A stretch of DNA of 64,000 nt from a virus. Position 1 is the stretch's first letter; each line of letters begins with the position of its first letter. A program made the translations under genes and the position numbers. This document shows positions 48,010-58,934 of this stretch, in pieces. The stretch covers positions 1-64,000 of IMG/VR virus record IMGVR_UViG_3300023179_000013; one strand, written 5' to 3'. The notes below the pieces were generated by a model. It ran no database searches, had not been told where the DNA came from, and saw only the letters and a program-made list of their open reading frames with translations.

Positions 48010-48527
48010 GAATAGGATTAGTTGGTACAATGTCTGTAGGTAAAACTACATTAGCTAAGGCGCTAGGCGAGACAGAACAATTTAAAGATTATCCTGTACA
48101 AACAGAGCGTAGTAAATATTTGCGTGATTTAGGTATTCCATTGAATACTGATTCTACACTGCGTGGTCAATTTGTATTTTTAGCTGAACGTGCTACTGAA
48201 TTGTTAGTAGATAATATCATTACAGATCGTACAATTTGGGATGTGTGTGCTTTTACATTATCAGCGAAATCAATTGCTGATTGGGAAAAACGTGACTTTG
48301 TAACAGCAGCGATGCATTTGAAAGATTATTATGATTTAGTAATTTATGTTTCACCAGAAGGTGTTAATATAGAAGATAATGGTGTTCGTGAAACTGATGA
48401 AGTATATCGCAAAAAGATTGATCTAGTTATTCAAATGTCATTAATTGAATATAAACCTAAAAAATTAATAACTGTTAAGGGTAGTACGGAGGAACGTATT
48501 GCTACTATTATTTCCAATCTAAACTAA
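48006..48527 (+). CDS. NadR/Ttd14-like (AAA_28) nucleotide kinase
   Basis: GTMSVGKTT, ITDRT..D, YDLVIY, IEDNGVR. Confidence 0.8.
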   Translation: MRIGLVGTMSVGKTTLAKALGETEQFKDYPVQTERSKYLRDLGIPLNTDSTLRGQFVFLAERATELLVDNIITDRTIWDVCAFTLSAKSIADWEKRDFVTAAMHLKDYYDLVIYVSPEGVNIEDNGVRETDEVYRKKIDLVIQMSLIEYKPKKLITVKGSTEERIATIISNLN

Positions 48528-48562
48528 TATTTATGGACATCACACTAAACGAATTGAAAGTA

Positions 48563-49633
48563 ATGAAAGCTAAACAACTCCGCAGAATTATTCGCGAAGC
48601 AATACAAGAAATATTAACTGAAGGCCCGGCAGAAGATAAAAAAGCACAAGATACTGAAAAACAGGCAACTCAAGCTCAAATAGCTGCTTTGCAGAAGAAA
48701 AAATCAGAATTAAATACTGCTACTCCATCAGCTGCTGACAAACCAGCTCACGATGCTGAAAAAGTAGCTGTTGACAAAAAAATAGCATCTCTAGGTAAAA
48801 AAATGCAAAAATTAAATAAACCTGGTATTTCTGCTCTCGAATTGGATGAAATGGCTCGTACCCCTAAAGGATTCCGTTTAGCTGATGAAAATATAGATAC
48901 TGCTCAATATGCTAACAAACGCGTTAGTGGAACTTCATTACAAGACATTATCAACTACTTCCGCGAAAACCCAGGTGCTGATAAAAAATCATTACAATCA
49001 CAATTTAATTTTGCTCGCCCACAAATCGCCAATGCTGTAGTAAACGCATTGCTTGATGCTGGTGTGTTAGTTAAATTAGGTGCTGGAGGTGAAGTTGAAG
49101 CTACACCTGAACCAGGTGAAGAAGTAGCACCACAAGCTACTGAACCAGAAGATTTGTTTATGGGTGGTGCTGATAATCCTCTCGCAATGTATTTTGATGA
49201 TAAACCAAATGATGATGGTTCTGAAGACTTTACTGATAGTACTGAACCAGAAGCTGGTGAACTTGAAAAAGCAGAACCTGCTGCCGGCTCAATGTCAGAT
49301 GAAGATTATAATACCTGGATGAAATATGATGATTTATCTCAACGCTTAGCTGCTACTAAATCTAATATCTTAAAATTAAGAAAATCTAGAACAACAGCTG
49401 GTGATATCTCAGATAAACCATCAACTGAATTACAACGTTTACGTGATTTAAAAAAATCACTTGAAGATAGAATTAATGATTTAGTTGCAGGTTCAGATTA
49501 TTTAAAAAATAAAATTGCAAAACAAACTGGCAAACCAGTTGAACCAATTGAAACACCTGAAGAAGAAACAGAAGAACCATTAGATGAATGGACAATTGGA
49601 AAAATGCAATATTACGCTGGTATTAAAAAATAA
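48563..49633 (+). CDS. acidic protein with class-B N-tag and class-C C-tag, probable core protein
   Basis: LRRIIREAIQEILTE at the N-terminus; KMQYYAGIKK at the C-terminus. Confidence 0.7.
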   Translation: MKAKQLRRIIREAIQEILTEGPAEDKKAQDTEKQATQAQIAALQKKKSELNTATPSAADKPAHDAEKVAVDKKIASLGKKMQKLNKPGISALELDEMARTPKGFRLADENIDTAQYANKRVSGTSLQDIINYFRENPGADKKSLQSQFNFARPQIANAVVNALLDAGVLVKLGAGGEVEATPEPGEEVAPQATEPEDLFMGGADNPLAMYFDDKPNDDGSEDFTDSTEPEAGELEKAEPAAGSMSDEDYNTWMKYDDLSQRLAATKSNILKLRKSRTTAGDISDKPSTELQRLRDLKKSLEDRINDLVAGSDYLKNKIAKQTGKPVEPIETPEEETEEPLDEWTIGKMQYYAGIKK

Positions 49634-49636
49634 TTT

Positions 49637-50032
49637 ATGGTAAAGAAAAAAACAGTTACAAAGGCTGAACTTATCGATTTTATTAATAAAAATAAAAGTA
49701 AAGGTAAAATTGGTCTTTATATTATTGGTGGAATATTAGTATTATTAGGATTATTGTGGGTTACCACTCGTCAACCACAAATGCCTGCTGATATTAAAGC
49801 AACAATCGATTCATTAACTAATGTTAATAAACAATTAATTGAACATCAAAAACAAATTGATAGTACAATTAATGCTTATGAAACAGAAGTTAAGCAAATT
49901 GATTTTCAAGTAGATCACATTAAGGAAAAAACTACTATTGTTCGTGAATATTATCATGAAGCAAGTCAACAAGCAGAACAATATACTCCAACTCAAGTTG
50001 ATTCATTCTTTAAAGCAAGATACAATTACTAA
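49637..50032 (+). CDS. TM plus coiled-coil protein, i-spanin-like
   Basis: N-terminal TM, then a long coiled coil. Confidence 0.5.
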   Translation: MVKKKTVTKAELIDFINKNKSKGKIGLYIIGGILVLLGLLWVTTRQPQMPADIKATIDSLTNVNKQLIEHQKQIDSTINAYETEVKQIDFQVDHIKEKTTIVREYYHEASQQAEQYTPTQVDSFFKARYNY

Positions 50033-50427
50033 TGAAATACCTTTTAATTATATTAGCGTTTTTACCTTTATTTGGTAACGCTCAAACACAAGATACAGTT
50101 CATATTCCTGCACCTGTTGCTAAACTAATTGTTAAAGATTTAGTTAGTGGTGATAGTGCTAAAGCTGAATTAAAATTAGCAAATGAGCATGTTACACTTT
50201 TAGAATCAAAAATAACACTAAAAGACAGTATCATTTCAGGACACGTTCAAAAAGGCATTATATACGAAGAGCGTATCAAAAATGAACAAGCTAAATTTGA
50301 TGCTCAAGGATTATGGGTTAAAGACTTACAAAAACAAAACAAGAAACTTAAAGTTAAACTTGCTTTCCTTAAAATAACTGGAACCGCTATTGTTGGTGGT
50401 TTAACATATTTATATTTTACAAAATAA
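50032..50427 (+). CDS. signal peptide, coiled coil and C-terminal TM, spanin-like
   Basis: MKYLLIILAFLPLFGNA|Q; C-terminal hydrophobic anchor. Confidence 0.5.
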   Translation: MKYLLIILAFLPLFGNAQTQDTVHIPAPVAKLIVKDLVSGDSAKAELKLANEHVTLLESKITLKDSIISGHVQKGIIYEERIKNEQAKFDAQGLWVKDLQKQNKKLKVKLAFLKITGTAIVGGLTYLYFTK

Positions 50428-50450
50428 CCCCTTGCAATCCCATGCACTGA

Positions 50451-50479
50451 GGCCTAACCACAACGGTTGGGCTTCTTTT
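50451..50479 (+). terminator. intrinsic terminator
   Basis: GGCCTAACC-ACAAC-GGTTGGGCT followed by TCTTTT. Confidence 0.65.
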
Positions 50480-50510
50480 ATATATTTATATATAACCAAT
50501 AGTGTTATAT

Positions 50511-52094
50511 ATGGCTAATCAAGCAGACATTAAAGAAATAATTAAGCAGGAGTACATCAAATGTGCTATGGATCCTGTGCATTTCTTTAGAAAATATTGT
50601 TACATTACACACCCAGTAAAAGGTAGAGTATTATTTCATCTATACCCATTTCAGGAAACAACATTAGGTGATTTTAGACAGCATCGTTTCTCCATAGTAA
50701 ATAAATCTCGTCAGTTAGGTATCTCTACTCTTGTAGCAGGATATGCTTTGTGGACAATGTTGTTTCAAAAAGATAAAACAGTATTGTGTATAGCTACTAA
50801 ACAAGAAACAGCTAAAGGAATGGTTGAAAAGGTACAATTTATGTATAATAACTTACCTTCCTGGTTACGTGGTAACCAAAAACCAATTTCAGATAATAAA
50901 TTATCACTAAAATTAGCTAATAACTCTCAAATTGTAGCTACATCCGCTGCCTCAGATGCTGGTCGATCCTACGCCGTATCCTTATTATTAATAGATGAGG
51001 CCGCGTTTATTGAAGGTATTGATCGCATTTACACCAGTATTAAACCTACCATTGCTACGGGTGGAGGAATCATAGCATTATCCTCTCCAAATGGTATTGG
51101 TAACTGGTTTCACAAAATGTATACTGAAGCTCAAATTGGCAAGAATGACTTCTGGCCAATAGAGCTAAAATGGAATTTACATCCTGATAGAGATGAGGCT
51201 TGGGAAGAACGTGAACGTGCAAACATGTCACCACGTGAATTTGCCCAAGAATATGACTGTGACTTCCTTGGTTCTGGAAACTCAGTAATTGAACCTGACA
51301 ATCTATCCTTTTATGAACAAACATTTATCCAAGATCCTGTGGAACGCCGCTTTATGGGTGGTGATTTTTGGATTTGGCAGTATCCTGATTATAGTAAGTC
51401 TTATATTTTATGTGCTGACGTTGCTCGCGGAGATGGCTCGGACTACTCAGCGTTTCATGTTATCGATGTGGAAACATGTGAACAAGTAGCTGAATATAAG
51501 TCGCAAATAGATACTAGAACATATGGTAATATGCTTGTTTCTGTTGCTTCTGAATATAATAATGCTTTACTTGTAGTTGAAAATGCAAACGTAGGATGGG
51601 ATGTAGTAAACACAATTATAGAAAAAGGTTATAGAAACTTATATTATTCACCTCGTGCTTATGGTGAAATGCATGTAGATAAATGGATGGCTAAAATGGA
51701 TAGTGAACAAACAGTTCCTGGATTCACTACATCAGTCAAAACAAGACCACTTGTTATCTCCAAAATGGAGGCGTATATTCGAGATAGAGTATTTACTTTT
51801 AGGTCTAAACGCTTACTTGAAGAATTACGTGTATTCGTTTGGCAAAATGGTAAAGCTCAAGCCCAAAATGGATATAATGACGACTTAGTTATGGCCTTAG
51901 GAATTGGATTATTTACTAGAGACACTGGTGTTAAATTCCATCAACAAGGGTTAGACATGACTAGGATGGCTTTGGGTGGTATATCTAGAACTGGTGGTGG
52001 ACCAGGTGACATGCCTATGTTACCAAGCGGAACACCAAATCCATATATAATGGATACACCCCACGGCCCTGAAGATTTTACATGGATACTATAA
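50511..52094 (+). CDS. terL: terminase large subunit (T4 gp17-like)
   Basis: LYPFQ, KSRQLGIST, LLLIDEAAF, SSPNG, QEYDC, ADVARGDGSDYS, NDDLVMA. Confidence 0.95.
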   Translation: MANQADIKEIIKQEYIKCAMDPVHFFRKYCYITHPVKGRVLFHLYPFQETTLGDFRQHRFSIVNKSRQLGISTLVAGYALWTMLFQKDKTVLCIATKQETAKGMVEKVQFMYNNLPSWLRGNQKPISDNKLSLKLANNSQIVATSAASDAGRSYAVSLLLIDEAAFIEGIDRIYTSIKPTIATGGGIIALSSPNGIGNWFHKMYTEAQIGKNDFWPIELKWNLHPDRDEAWEERERANMSPREFAQEYDCDFLGSGNSVIEPDNLSFYEQTFIQDPVERRFMGGDFWIWQYPDYSKSYILCADVARGDGSDYSAFHVIDVETCEQVAEYKSQIDTRTYGNMLVSVASEYNNALLVVENANVGWDVVNTIIEKGYRNLYYSPRAYGEMHVDKWMAKMDSEQTVPGFTTSVKTRPLVISKMEAYIRDRVFTFRSKRLLEELRVFVWQNGKAQAQNGYNDDLVMALGIGLFTRDTGVKFHQQGLDMTRMALGGISRTGGGPGDMPMLPSGTPNPYIMDTPHGPEDFTWIL

Positions 52095-52127
52095 TTGATA
52101 AATATTTATTGACATAATAAAACACAA

Positions 52128-54017
52128 ATGGCTGAACAAAATACAGGCTTATTTAGTAGATTAAGACGCCTATTCTCCACAGATGTTATCATCAGAAATG
52201 TAGGAGGCAATCAGTTAAAAACGGTAGACGTTGACAGAATTCAAGCTTACGGAAACGTAAAAACAAATGCTTTAATTGATAGATTCACCAAGTTGCACCG
52301 CTATGGCGCTAATATGCCATACAACCCAACAATGAACTACCAAACACTTCGTATTCAGTTATATACTGACTATGAAGCAATGGATACAGAATCAATTGTT
52401 GCCTCTGCTCTTGATATTGTTGCTGATGAATCAACATTAAAGAATGAAGCTCAAGAAGTAGTACAAATCAGAAGTGCTGACGAAAATGTTCAACGCATTT
52501 TATATAATTTATTCTATGATGTTTTAAACATAGAATTTAACTTATGGTTATGGATTCGCAATATGTGTAAATATGGCGACTTTTATTTACACCTTGAAAT
52601 TGCAGAAAAATTTGGTATTTACAGCGTAACACCATTATCAGTTTATGATATGGTTCGTGAAGAAGGTACAGATCCTACTAATCCATCTTATGTGTGTTTT
52701 AAGATTGATCCAATGGTAATTGCCGCTGGTGGTATCAACTCACGTGTTAAAGATAGAGATGGTAAGATTAAATTTGAAAATTATGAAATAGCGCATTTTA
52801 GACTATTAACTGACGCTAACTACTTGCCTTACGGACGTTCTTATATTGAGCCTGCTCGTAAGTCTTATAAGCAATATGTGTTGATGAAAGATGCTATGTT
52901 GTTACATCGCATCACCCGTGCCCCAGAAAAACGTATCTTCTACGTTGATATTGGAAACTTACCTCCGAATGAAGTTGATGGATACATGGAGCGTTTAAAG
53001 CAAAAAATGCAAAAAACTCCATTCATCGACAAAAATACTGGCGAATATAACTTACGTTATAACATGATGAACGTAATGGAGGACTTCTATATTCCACAAC
53101 GTGGCGCTAATAGCAATACTAAAATCGATACCTTAAAAGGTTTAGAGTATAATGCTATTGATGACGTAAACTTCCTCCGCGATGAAATGTTAGCAGCACT
53201 TAAAGTACCTAAAGCTTTCTTCGGATTTGAAAAAGACTTAACAGGTAAGGCTACATTAGCTGCTGAAGATATTCGTTTTGCTCGCACCGTTGAACGCATT
53301 CAACGTATTGTTGTTAGTGAATTGTATAAAATAGCCTTAGTACACTTATACGTTCAAGGATATGATGGTGAATCATTGACTAATTTCGAATTATCATTGA
53401 CTACTCCATCAATCATCTATGAACAGGAAAAAGTAGCATTATGGAAAGAAAAAATAGCATTAGCTAAAGATATCCAAGATACCAAATTATTACCTTCAGA
53501 TTGGATTTATGATAATGTATTCCAATTCAGCGAAGATCAATATGATGAATATCGTGATTTAGTACTTGAAGATATGAAACGTACCTTCCGCTTATCCCAG
53601 CTTGAAAACGAAGGTAACGACCCAGCTAAATCTGGTAAATCTTATGGTACACCACACGATCTTGCTTCATTGTATGGTAAAGGAAGAAATGGTGTTGGTG
53701 ATACAGGTGCTATCCCTCCTGGATATGACGAAAAACGTCCTGTTGGTCGTCCTGAAGAGAAATCTTCTATTGTAGGTACACAAAAAGACCCATTAGGTAA
53801 AGATAGATTAGGTAGTATTGAAAATGGTACATTATATACTGCTAATATTCCTGATGAAGGAAGCAGTACACCAAAAGGTGGTTCACCATTAGCATTAGCT
53901 GAATCTAAAAAGCATAAAGGCTTACTTGAAGGAATGAGTGCCTTCCGTAAAGAATTAGCTATTAAACCTGAACAGGAATCTACACTATTGGACGAAAAAA
54001 ATATCAAGGACGTATAA
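52128..54017 (+). CDS. gp20: portal protein (T4 gp20-like)
   Basis: RITRAPEKRIFYVDIGNLP, EDFYIP, TKIDTL, ALKVP, EDIRF. Confidence 0.95.
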   Translation: MAEQNTGLFSRLRRLFSTDVIIRNVGGNQLKTVDVDRIQAYGNVKTNALIDRFTKLHRYGANMPYNPTMNYQTLRIQLYTDYEAMDTESIVASALDIVADESTLKNEAQEVVQIRSADENVQRILYNLFYDVLNIEFNLWLWIRNMCKYGDFYLHLEIAEKFGIYSVTPLSVYDMVREEGTDPTNPSYVCFKIDPMVIAAGGINSRVKDRDGKIKFENYEIAHFRLLTDANYLPYGRSYIEPARKSYKQYVLMKDAMLLHRITRAPEKRIFYVDIGNLPPNEVDGYMERLKQKMQKTPFIDKNTGEYNLRYNMMNVMEDFYIPQRGANSNTKIDTLKGLEYNAIDDVNFLRDEMLAALKVPKAFFGFEKDLTGKATLAAEDIRFARTVERIQRIVVSELYKIALVHLYVQGYDGESLTNFELSLTTPSIIYEQEKVALWKEKIALAKDIQDTKLLPSDWIYDNVFQFSEDQYDEYRDLVLEDMKRTFRLSQLENEGNDPAKSGKSYGTPHDLASLYGKGRNGVGDTGAIPPGYDEKRPVGRPEEKSSIVGTQKDPLGKDRLGSIENGTLYTANIPDEGSSTPKGGSPLALAESKKHKGLLEGMSAFRKELAIKPEQESTLLDEKNIKDV

Positions 54018-54053
54018 CAACTACATATTTATAGGTAGTGCATACTATTTTAT

Positions 54054-54908
54054 ATGAAAATTAAACATAGCAAATTCAAAAATACTGGTATATTATTTGA
54101 ACTATTGGTTCGCCAAATCGCGTCAGATACAGTATCCGGTAAGGATTCAGCTGCTATTAATTTAGTAAAGAAATATTTTTCTAAATCTGAATTAACTAAA
54201 GAACATAAGTTATATCAGGCTTTAACTAATACTAAAGCATTAACTGAAAGTAAAGCCGAATCATTAATCACAGCAACACTTGAAATATCTTCACGTTTAA
54301 ATCGTTCTGCGTTACGTAAAGAAAAATATAATTTAATCAAAGATATTCGTGAAGCTTATGATATTGAAGAGTTCTTCAAATCAAAAATCAATAACTATTC
54401 ACAATACGCTGCTGCGTATAATTTAATTGAGGCTCATAACTCACTAGAGTTTGTTGAACCTGCTCAAGTTATTGAAAATAAAGTAACATTATTAGAGCAT
54501 ATTACTCGTAAAGAGGTAAATAAAGCTAATGTTACAGATCGCGTGTTAGAAGAGTATGCTAAAATGGACAAAGGTACTCGTATCTTAGCCTACAAAATGT
54601 TGCTTGAAAAATTCAACGAAAAATATGGTGATATGTCCCCAGCACAAAAATCTGTGTTGAAAGAATATATTAATAATATTTCTAATACTGTTAAATTACG
54701 TGAATTTGTAAATGAAAGCACTACCGCTATTAAAGCACAAATTGCACAATTAAGTAAAACAGTAGTTGATAAAACAACTCAAATTAAATTGACTGAAATA
54801 GTTAATTTATTAAAACCACTTGATAAAAATCAAAGCGTAAAGGATGATAACATCATTGCTTTACTGCAGTTTCACCAATTAATTGACGAATTAAAATCTG
54901 TAAAATAA
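54054..54908 (+). CDS. conserved hypothetical protein of the head module
   Basis: IKHSKFKNTGILFELL start; sits between portal and protease. Confidence 0.75.
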   Translation: MKIKHSKFKNTGILFELLVRQIASDTVSGKDSAAINLVKKYFSKSELTKEHKLYQALTNTKALTESKAESLITATLEISSRLNRSALRKEKYNLIKDIREAYDIEEFFKSKINNYSQYAAAYNLIEAHNSLEFVEPAQVIENKVTLLEHITRKEVNKANVTDRVLEEYAKMDKGTRILAYKMLLEKFNEKYGDMSPAQKSVLKEYINNISNTVKLREFVNESTTAIKAQIAQLSKTVVDKTTQIKLTEIVNLLKPLDKNQSVKDDNIIALLQFHQLIDELKSVK

Positions 54909-54915
54909 AAATAAA

Positions 54916-55476
54916 ATGGCACAATTAATCAACGAAGCAAAAAGAATGCAATTTTTAGCAGGTCTTATTACTGAATCACAATTAAATGAAGAAAGTATTA
55001 AGTCTTTATTAAAACAAAAAGAAGATGTAGTTAAAATATTATCACCTTTAAAAGGAACTACATTAAACTTAGTAGGGTTAAGTGAAGATAACAAACCAAA
55101 CGGATGCACAGCTACAGCTACTGTATCTAATATAAATAATGAATATTATCCACAAGGGTCTAATAGTGATCCAGATTATTTTCAAATAAGCCCAGAACTT
55201 ACTTTTACTATTTCTAATGAAAAATTAGGTAGTGATCAAGAAGAAAATAATAAATTTAAAAAAACTTTAGAAGATATCAAATCAACACCATGTACTATTT
55301 CTGGTGGTGGAAGTAATAAATTAAAAGTTATTATGGATGCTAATAGTGGTTTTTTAAGTGGCTATGAAATAGGAGCTACTAAAGAAAGTACATTCTTTAA
55401 AAAACTTGAAGAAATACTTAAAGCAGATATACAGTGGCAAAGTAAAGGTGGCGATTTATTAGCACTTGGAGCATAA
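54916..55476 (+). CDS. hypothetical protein with class-C tag
   Basis: LINEAKRMQFLAGLITE. Confidence 0.7.
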   Translation: MAQLINEAKRMQFLAGLITESQLNEESIKSLLKQKEDVVKILSPLKGTTLNLVGLSEDNKPNGCTATATVSNINNEYYPQGSNSDPDYFQISPELTFTISNEKLGSDQEENNKFKKTLEDIKSTPCTISGGGSNKLKVIMDANSGFLSGYEIGATKESTFFKKLEEILKADIQWQSKGGDLLALGA

Positions 55477-55486
55477 TATAAAAATA

Positions 55487-56278
55487 ATGAATTTAAAAGA
55501 ATACATAAAATCATTAGTACGTAAACAATTAGAAGAAGAATCTGCATCTGGAGATGCTGGTGGGTATTTAACACCACGTGCTTTTTCTTCTAAAGGACAA
55601 AAGAAAAATACTGCAACTAAATATGCTGAAAAAGAAGGATGGAAAGTAACCAAAGGAATGCCTAAGCATTCTAAAATGCTTGACTATAAAGAACTATGGA
55701 AAGGTAAAAAATCAGCAATGAACGAACTTTTAAACGAATTAGCTGAAGCTTCGATTCCTGTATCTGAAATAAAAAAAATTATCAAGTTATACGCTGAAAC
55801 TGATGGTATGACGGGGGCACAACTTTTTAATGCTTTAAAAGATTTATTAAGTAAATATAAATCTATAAGCGAGCGTAGTAATTATGATGCCCCTAGTGGT
55901 TATACTGCAGCTAGTGGATATACTGGTCCTAGTTTAGCTACTAAAGGAGGTGGATATTATGCATCTACAAAAGAAAATCAAATGAAAGAATCATTAAACA
56001 ACATTATTGAAAAAGAATTAATTAACGAAGTAACCTATAATAAGTTTAAAACTGAAGTTAAATTCAGAACTAAATCTGAACAACTTCATAAAGCAATTCG
56101 TGAGGTAAAACGTAAATTACAAGAAATTGATCGTATTGTTGAGTATACTTCTCGCATGAAACAAGAATTAAGTGAAGATGGAGGTATTAATTATTGGAAA
56201 GCTACCCAAAAGAATGTAGGTCAAATTTCTGAAATGATCAACCAATTAAATAATAAGATTAAAAACTTAAATCAATAA
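55487..56278 (+). CDS. modular protein with class-B tags, probable core protein
   Basis: LKEYIKSLVRKQLEE; YLTPRAF; IIEKELINE. Confidence 0.7.
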   Translation: MNLKEYIKSLVRKQLEEESASGDAGGYLTPRAFSSKGQKKNTATKYAEKEGWKVTKGMPKHSKMLDYKELWKGKKSAMNELLNELAEASIPVSEIKKIIKLYAETDGMTGAQLFNALKDLLSKYKSISERSNYDAPSGYTAASGYTGPSLATKGGGYYASTKENQMKESLNNIIEKELINEVTYNKFKTEVKFRTKSEQLHKAIREVKRKLQEIDRIVEYTSRMKQELSEDGGINYWKATQKNVGQISEMINQLNNKIKNLNQ

Positions 56279-56406
56279 TGGCAAAAGCAACTGGTAGAGG
56301 TGAGTCACGTAAAGTAACATTCGGTACACGCAAAGGTGGTAAAGCTGCTAAATCACGTGGACCTAAAGATAAAAAAGTATCAAAATATAAAGGCCAAGGC
56401 CGCTAA
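56278..56406 (+). CDS. 42-aa highly basic peptide ending YKGQGR (not in ORF track)
   Basis: TAATG coupling; MAKATGRGESRKVTFGTRKGGKAAKSRGPKDKKVSKYKGQGR. Confidence 0.7.
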   Translation: MAKATGRGESRKVTFGTRKGGKAAKSRGPKDKKVSKYKGQGR

Positions 56407-56418
56407 ATTACAATACAA

Positions 56419-58299
56419 ATGAAAAGTATAAAGCAACAATTCATTGATTTGAAAGAAGGTAGAATGTCACAACAAAATTTCATGAGAAATTTACGTATGG
56501 CTATGCCTCATTATGTAACTAATGTAACATCATTTGGCGATGCTGTTAAAATTCTTCGCAATAAGGGTATTTTAAATGAAGCTTTAATTGAAGGAAATCT
56601 TGACGTTGATCAAGAAGAATTAAAAAAAGGCATCAAAGTTGAAATGGAACATACTAAAGATCGTATTAAAGCTGAAGAAATTGCTTTAGATCATTTACAA
56701 GAAGATCCTAAATATTATACTAAATTAGATAAAGCTGGTTTAGAAGAGAATGATGGTGATGATGATGAAATCCAAGCTATGATTGATAAATACGAAAAAG
56801 AAAAAAAAGGTGAAGAAGCTGTAATGAGCCAATATGATGAAAATCTAAATGAGGCTAAAGCTAAATGGGAAAATGCTAATGGAAAATCAATGTATGCTCA
56901 ATTTAAAGAAATTGACAATTTAAATGGTCAAGAAGTATTGATTGGTATTGATTTGGAAATGGAAAAAGACGAAGATTTATCTAAAATTGAAGCTGCCAAG
57001 ATTGTCCTTAAAAACCTAAAGAAAAACCCAATCTACTATACAGCTATGTTATTAGCTGGTGGTAAAGAAATGACTGAAATTCCAACTATTGGTAAATTAA
57101 AGCCTGGCTCTGACAAAATGAAAGAAGTCAAAGGTGAAGATAGCTTGGTTGATAAAGATAATGGAATGAAGCCGGTTAAAGATATTGAAAAAGTAAAAGC
57201 ATCATCTAATAAAGCTTCTAAAGAAACTAACAAACCAGAAAAAGGCATTTCATTGATGTCATTAGTTGCTAAAGCATCTCGTGGTGTTCAAAAAATGAAT
57301 GCTACTGGTGAAAAAATGAAAGTAGTAAAAGAAGATTTAGAGCGTGATTTTGATCCTGAAATTGAAGGCAAACCATCATCAGCATATATGCAGTTTTTAG
57401 CACAAAAGAAAGGTGAAGAAGCAGCTGCTGAAATACATAATGGCCTTAAAAGAGGAGATAAAGTAAAAGTTAATTCTGAAGCTGCAAAAGCATTAAAAAT
57501 TAATCCTAACGAAACCTTTACTATCACTTCATTTAAAACAAACCGTCCAGGTTCTTTATTACAAAGTATTGATGTAGAATTAGCAAATAAAGTTGGTCAA
57601 AGTGTTGGATATGTTAATGTAGAATATGTGTATGAAGCTGGTAGTGAAACACCAAAAGTTGATAATGGTAGTGTTCCATCAACTATATTTAGCAGAAACG
57701 CTGGTATTTCTCAAAAATTAAAATCATTGTCTAAAGACGATTTAATGGAAATAATTCGTGAAGAATTATCTGAATATTTTGATGGTCGTGATAATTTAAC
57801 TGACACTGCTGGTCATCAAAATGAAGGAATAGTATCTGGAGCTTTAGCTAAAGTTAAAGATAAAATTGTTAATTCTTCTTTATTTAAAAAACTTATAGAT
57901 ACAATTGTATCTAAAATGTCTGACAAAGATATAGCTGCTTTTAAAGCTAAATTTAATATTTCTGAAGCAGAAGGTGGTCCGTCTTTAGAAGATATTATGT
58001 CTAAAGTAGATGCTATTAATCCTGATAAAACTGCTAAAACTCCTGAAGATTTAAAAGAAGCACTTGATGAAGATACACTTGAGGGAAAAATAGCTGGTTT
58101 GGTTAGAAGCATAGCTGGGATTAATTTATTAGCTTTAGGTGGTGCTCCATTAGGTATTTTTATTAATTCTTTATTAGGAATTGCTACGTGGGGATTTGGA
58201 GCTTTTATAGGTCCCGTGATTAGTTTAGTAGCTTCTCTTATTATTCATGGAATATCTAGTAGACTTTTAGGAAAAACAGGTGATGACGAGTTAGTTTAA
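56419..58299 (+). CDS. modular head protein with two DUF5661-like repeats and a C-terminal hydrophobic hairpin
   Basis: GIKVEMEH...IALDHLQEDPKYYT and GIDLEME...IVLKNLKKNPIYYT; many LxE sites. Confidence 0.7.
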   Translation: MKSIKQQFIDLKEGRMSQQNFMRNLRMAMPHYVTNVTSFGDAVKILRNKGILNEALIEGNLDVDQEELKKGIKVEMEHTKDRIKAEEIALDHLQEDPKYYTKLDKAGLEENDGDDDEIQAMIDKYEKEKKGEEAVMSQYDENLNEAKAKWENANGKSMYAQFKEIDNLNGQEVLIGIDLEMEKDEDLSKIEAAKIVLKNLKKNPIYYTAMLLAGGKEMTEIPTIGKLKPGSDKMKEVKGEDSLVDKDNGMKPVKDIEKVKASSNKASKETNKPEKGISLMSLVAKASRGVQKMNATGEKMKVVKEDLERDFDPEIEGKPSSAYMQFLAQKKGEEAAAEIHNGLKRGDKVKVNSEAAKALKINPNETFTITSFKTNRPGSLLQSIDVELANKVGQSVGYVNVEYVYEAGSETPKVDNGSVPSTIFSRNAGISQKLKSLSKDDLMEIIREELSEYFDGRDNLTDTAGHQNEGIVSGALAKVKDKIVNSSLFKKLIDTIVSKMSDKDIAAFKAKFNISEAEGGPSLEDIMSKVDAINPDKTAKTPEDLKEALDEDTLEGKIAGLVRSIAGINLLALGGAPLGIFINSLLGIATWGFGAFIGPVISLVASLIIHGISSRLLGKTGDDELV

Positions 58300-58322
58300 G
58301 AATTAATTTATAAATAACAAAA

Positions 58323-58934
58323 ATGAGTAAATCATTATTAATAGATCACACCCCCTTTCAATCAGCTAAGCTTACTTTAGTTGAAGGTAAAGATACTAAA
58401 GCTGGTTTAGTTGAATTAGTAGGTAAACTACAAGCCGCTGACCAAGAAAATGGTAACAATCGTAAATATCCTTTTAAAGTTCTTAAACGTGAAGTAGACA
58501 AATATTTAGAAGGTCCTGTTAAAACACGTACTGCTTTAGGCGAATTAGATCATCCTGAAGCATCTGTTGTAAATTTAGCAAATACTTCACATGTTGTCAC
58601 TGATGTTTGGTGGGATGGAAATAACGTTATGGGTAAAATCCAATTATTACCTACACCATCAGGCAATATTGCTAAAGCATTAATTTTATCAGGTATTCCA
58701 CTTGGTATTTCATCTCGTGGTATGGGTTCAGTTAAACAGTTAGGTGAAACTGTAGAGGTACAAGACGATTTCGAATTATTATGTTGGGATTTAGTATCAG
58801 TACCATCAACCCCACAAGCATATATGCAATTAGCTGAATCTAAGAAATTTGCTTCAGTTAAAGATTATAGTAAAGTAAATGAATTAATTACCGAAATTAT
58901 TTGCGCACAAACAGGAGTATGTCCACTATGTTAA
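58323..58934 (+). CDS. gp21: prohead maturation protease (T4 gp21-like)
   Basis: NGNNRKYP, ALGELDHP, SH, GISSRGMGS, WDLVSVPS. Confidence 0.93.
   Translation: MSKSLLIDHTPFQSAKLTLVEGKDTKAGLVELVGKLQAADQENGNNRKYPFKVLKREVDKYLEGPVKTRTALGELDHPEASVVNLANTSHVVTDVWWDGNNVMGKIQLLPTPSGNIAKALILSGIPLGISSRGMGSVKQLGETVEVQDDFELLCWDLVSVPSTPQAYMQLAESKKFASVKDYSKVNELITEIICAQTGVCPLC

Noticed and set aside
50511-54017. Intein or intron in terminase or portal
   Set aside because: Lengths and motif order are continuous, with no splice-junction motifs or homing endonuclease insert.
55893-55926. SGYTAASGYTG short tandem duplication
   Set aside because: Two copies within a linker; too small to support a separate function.
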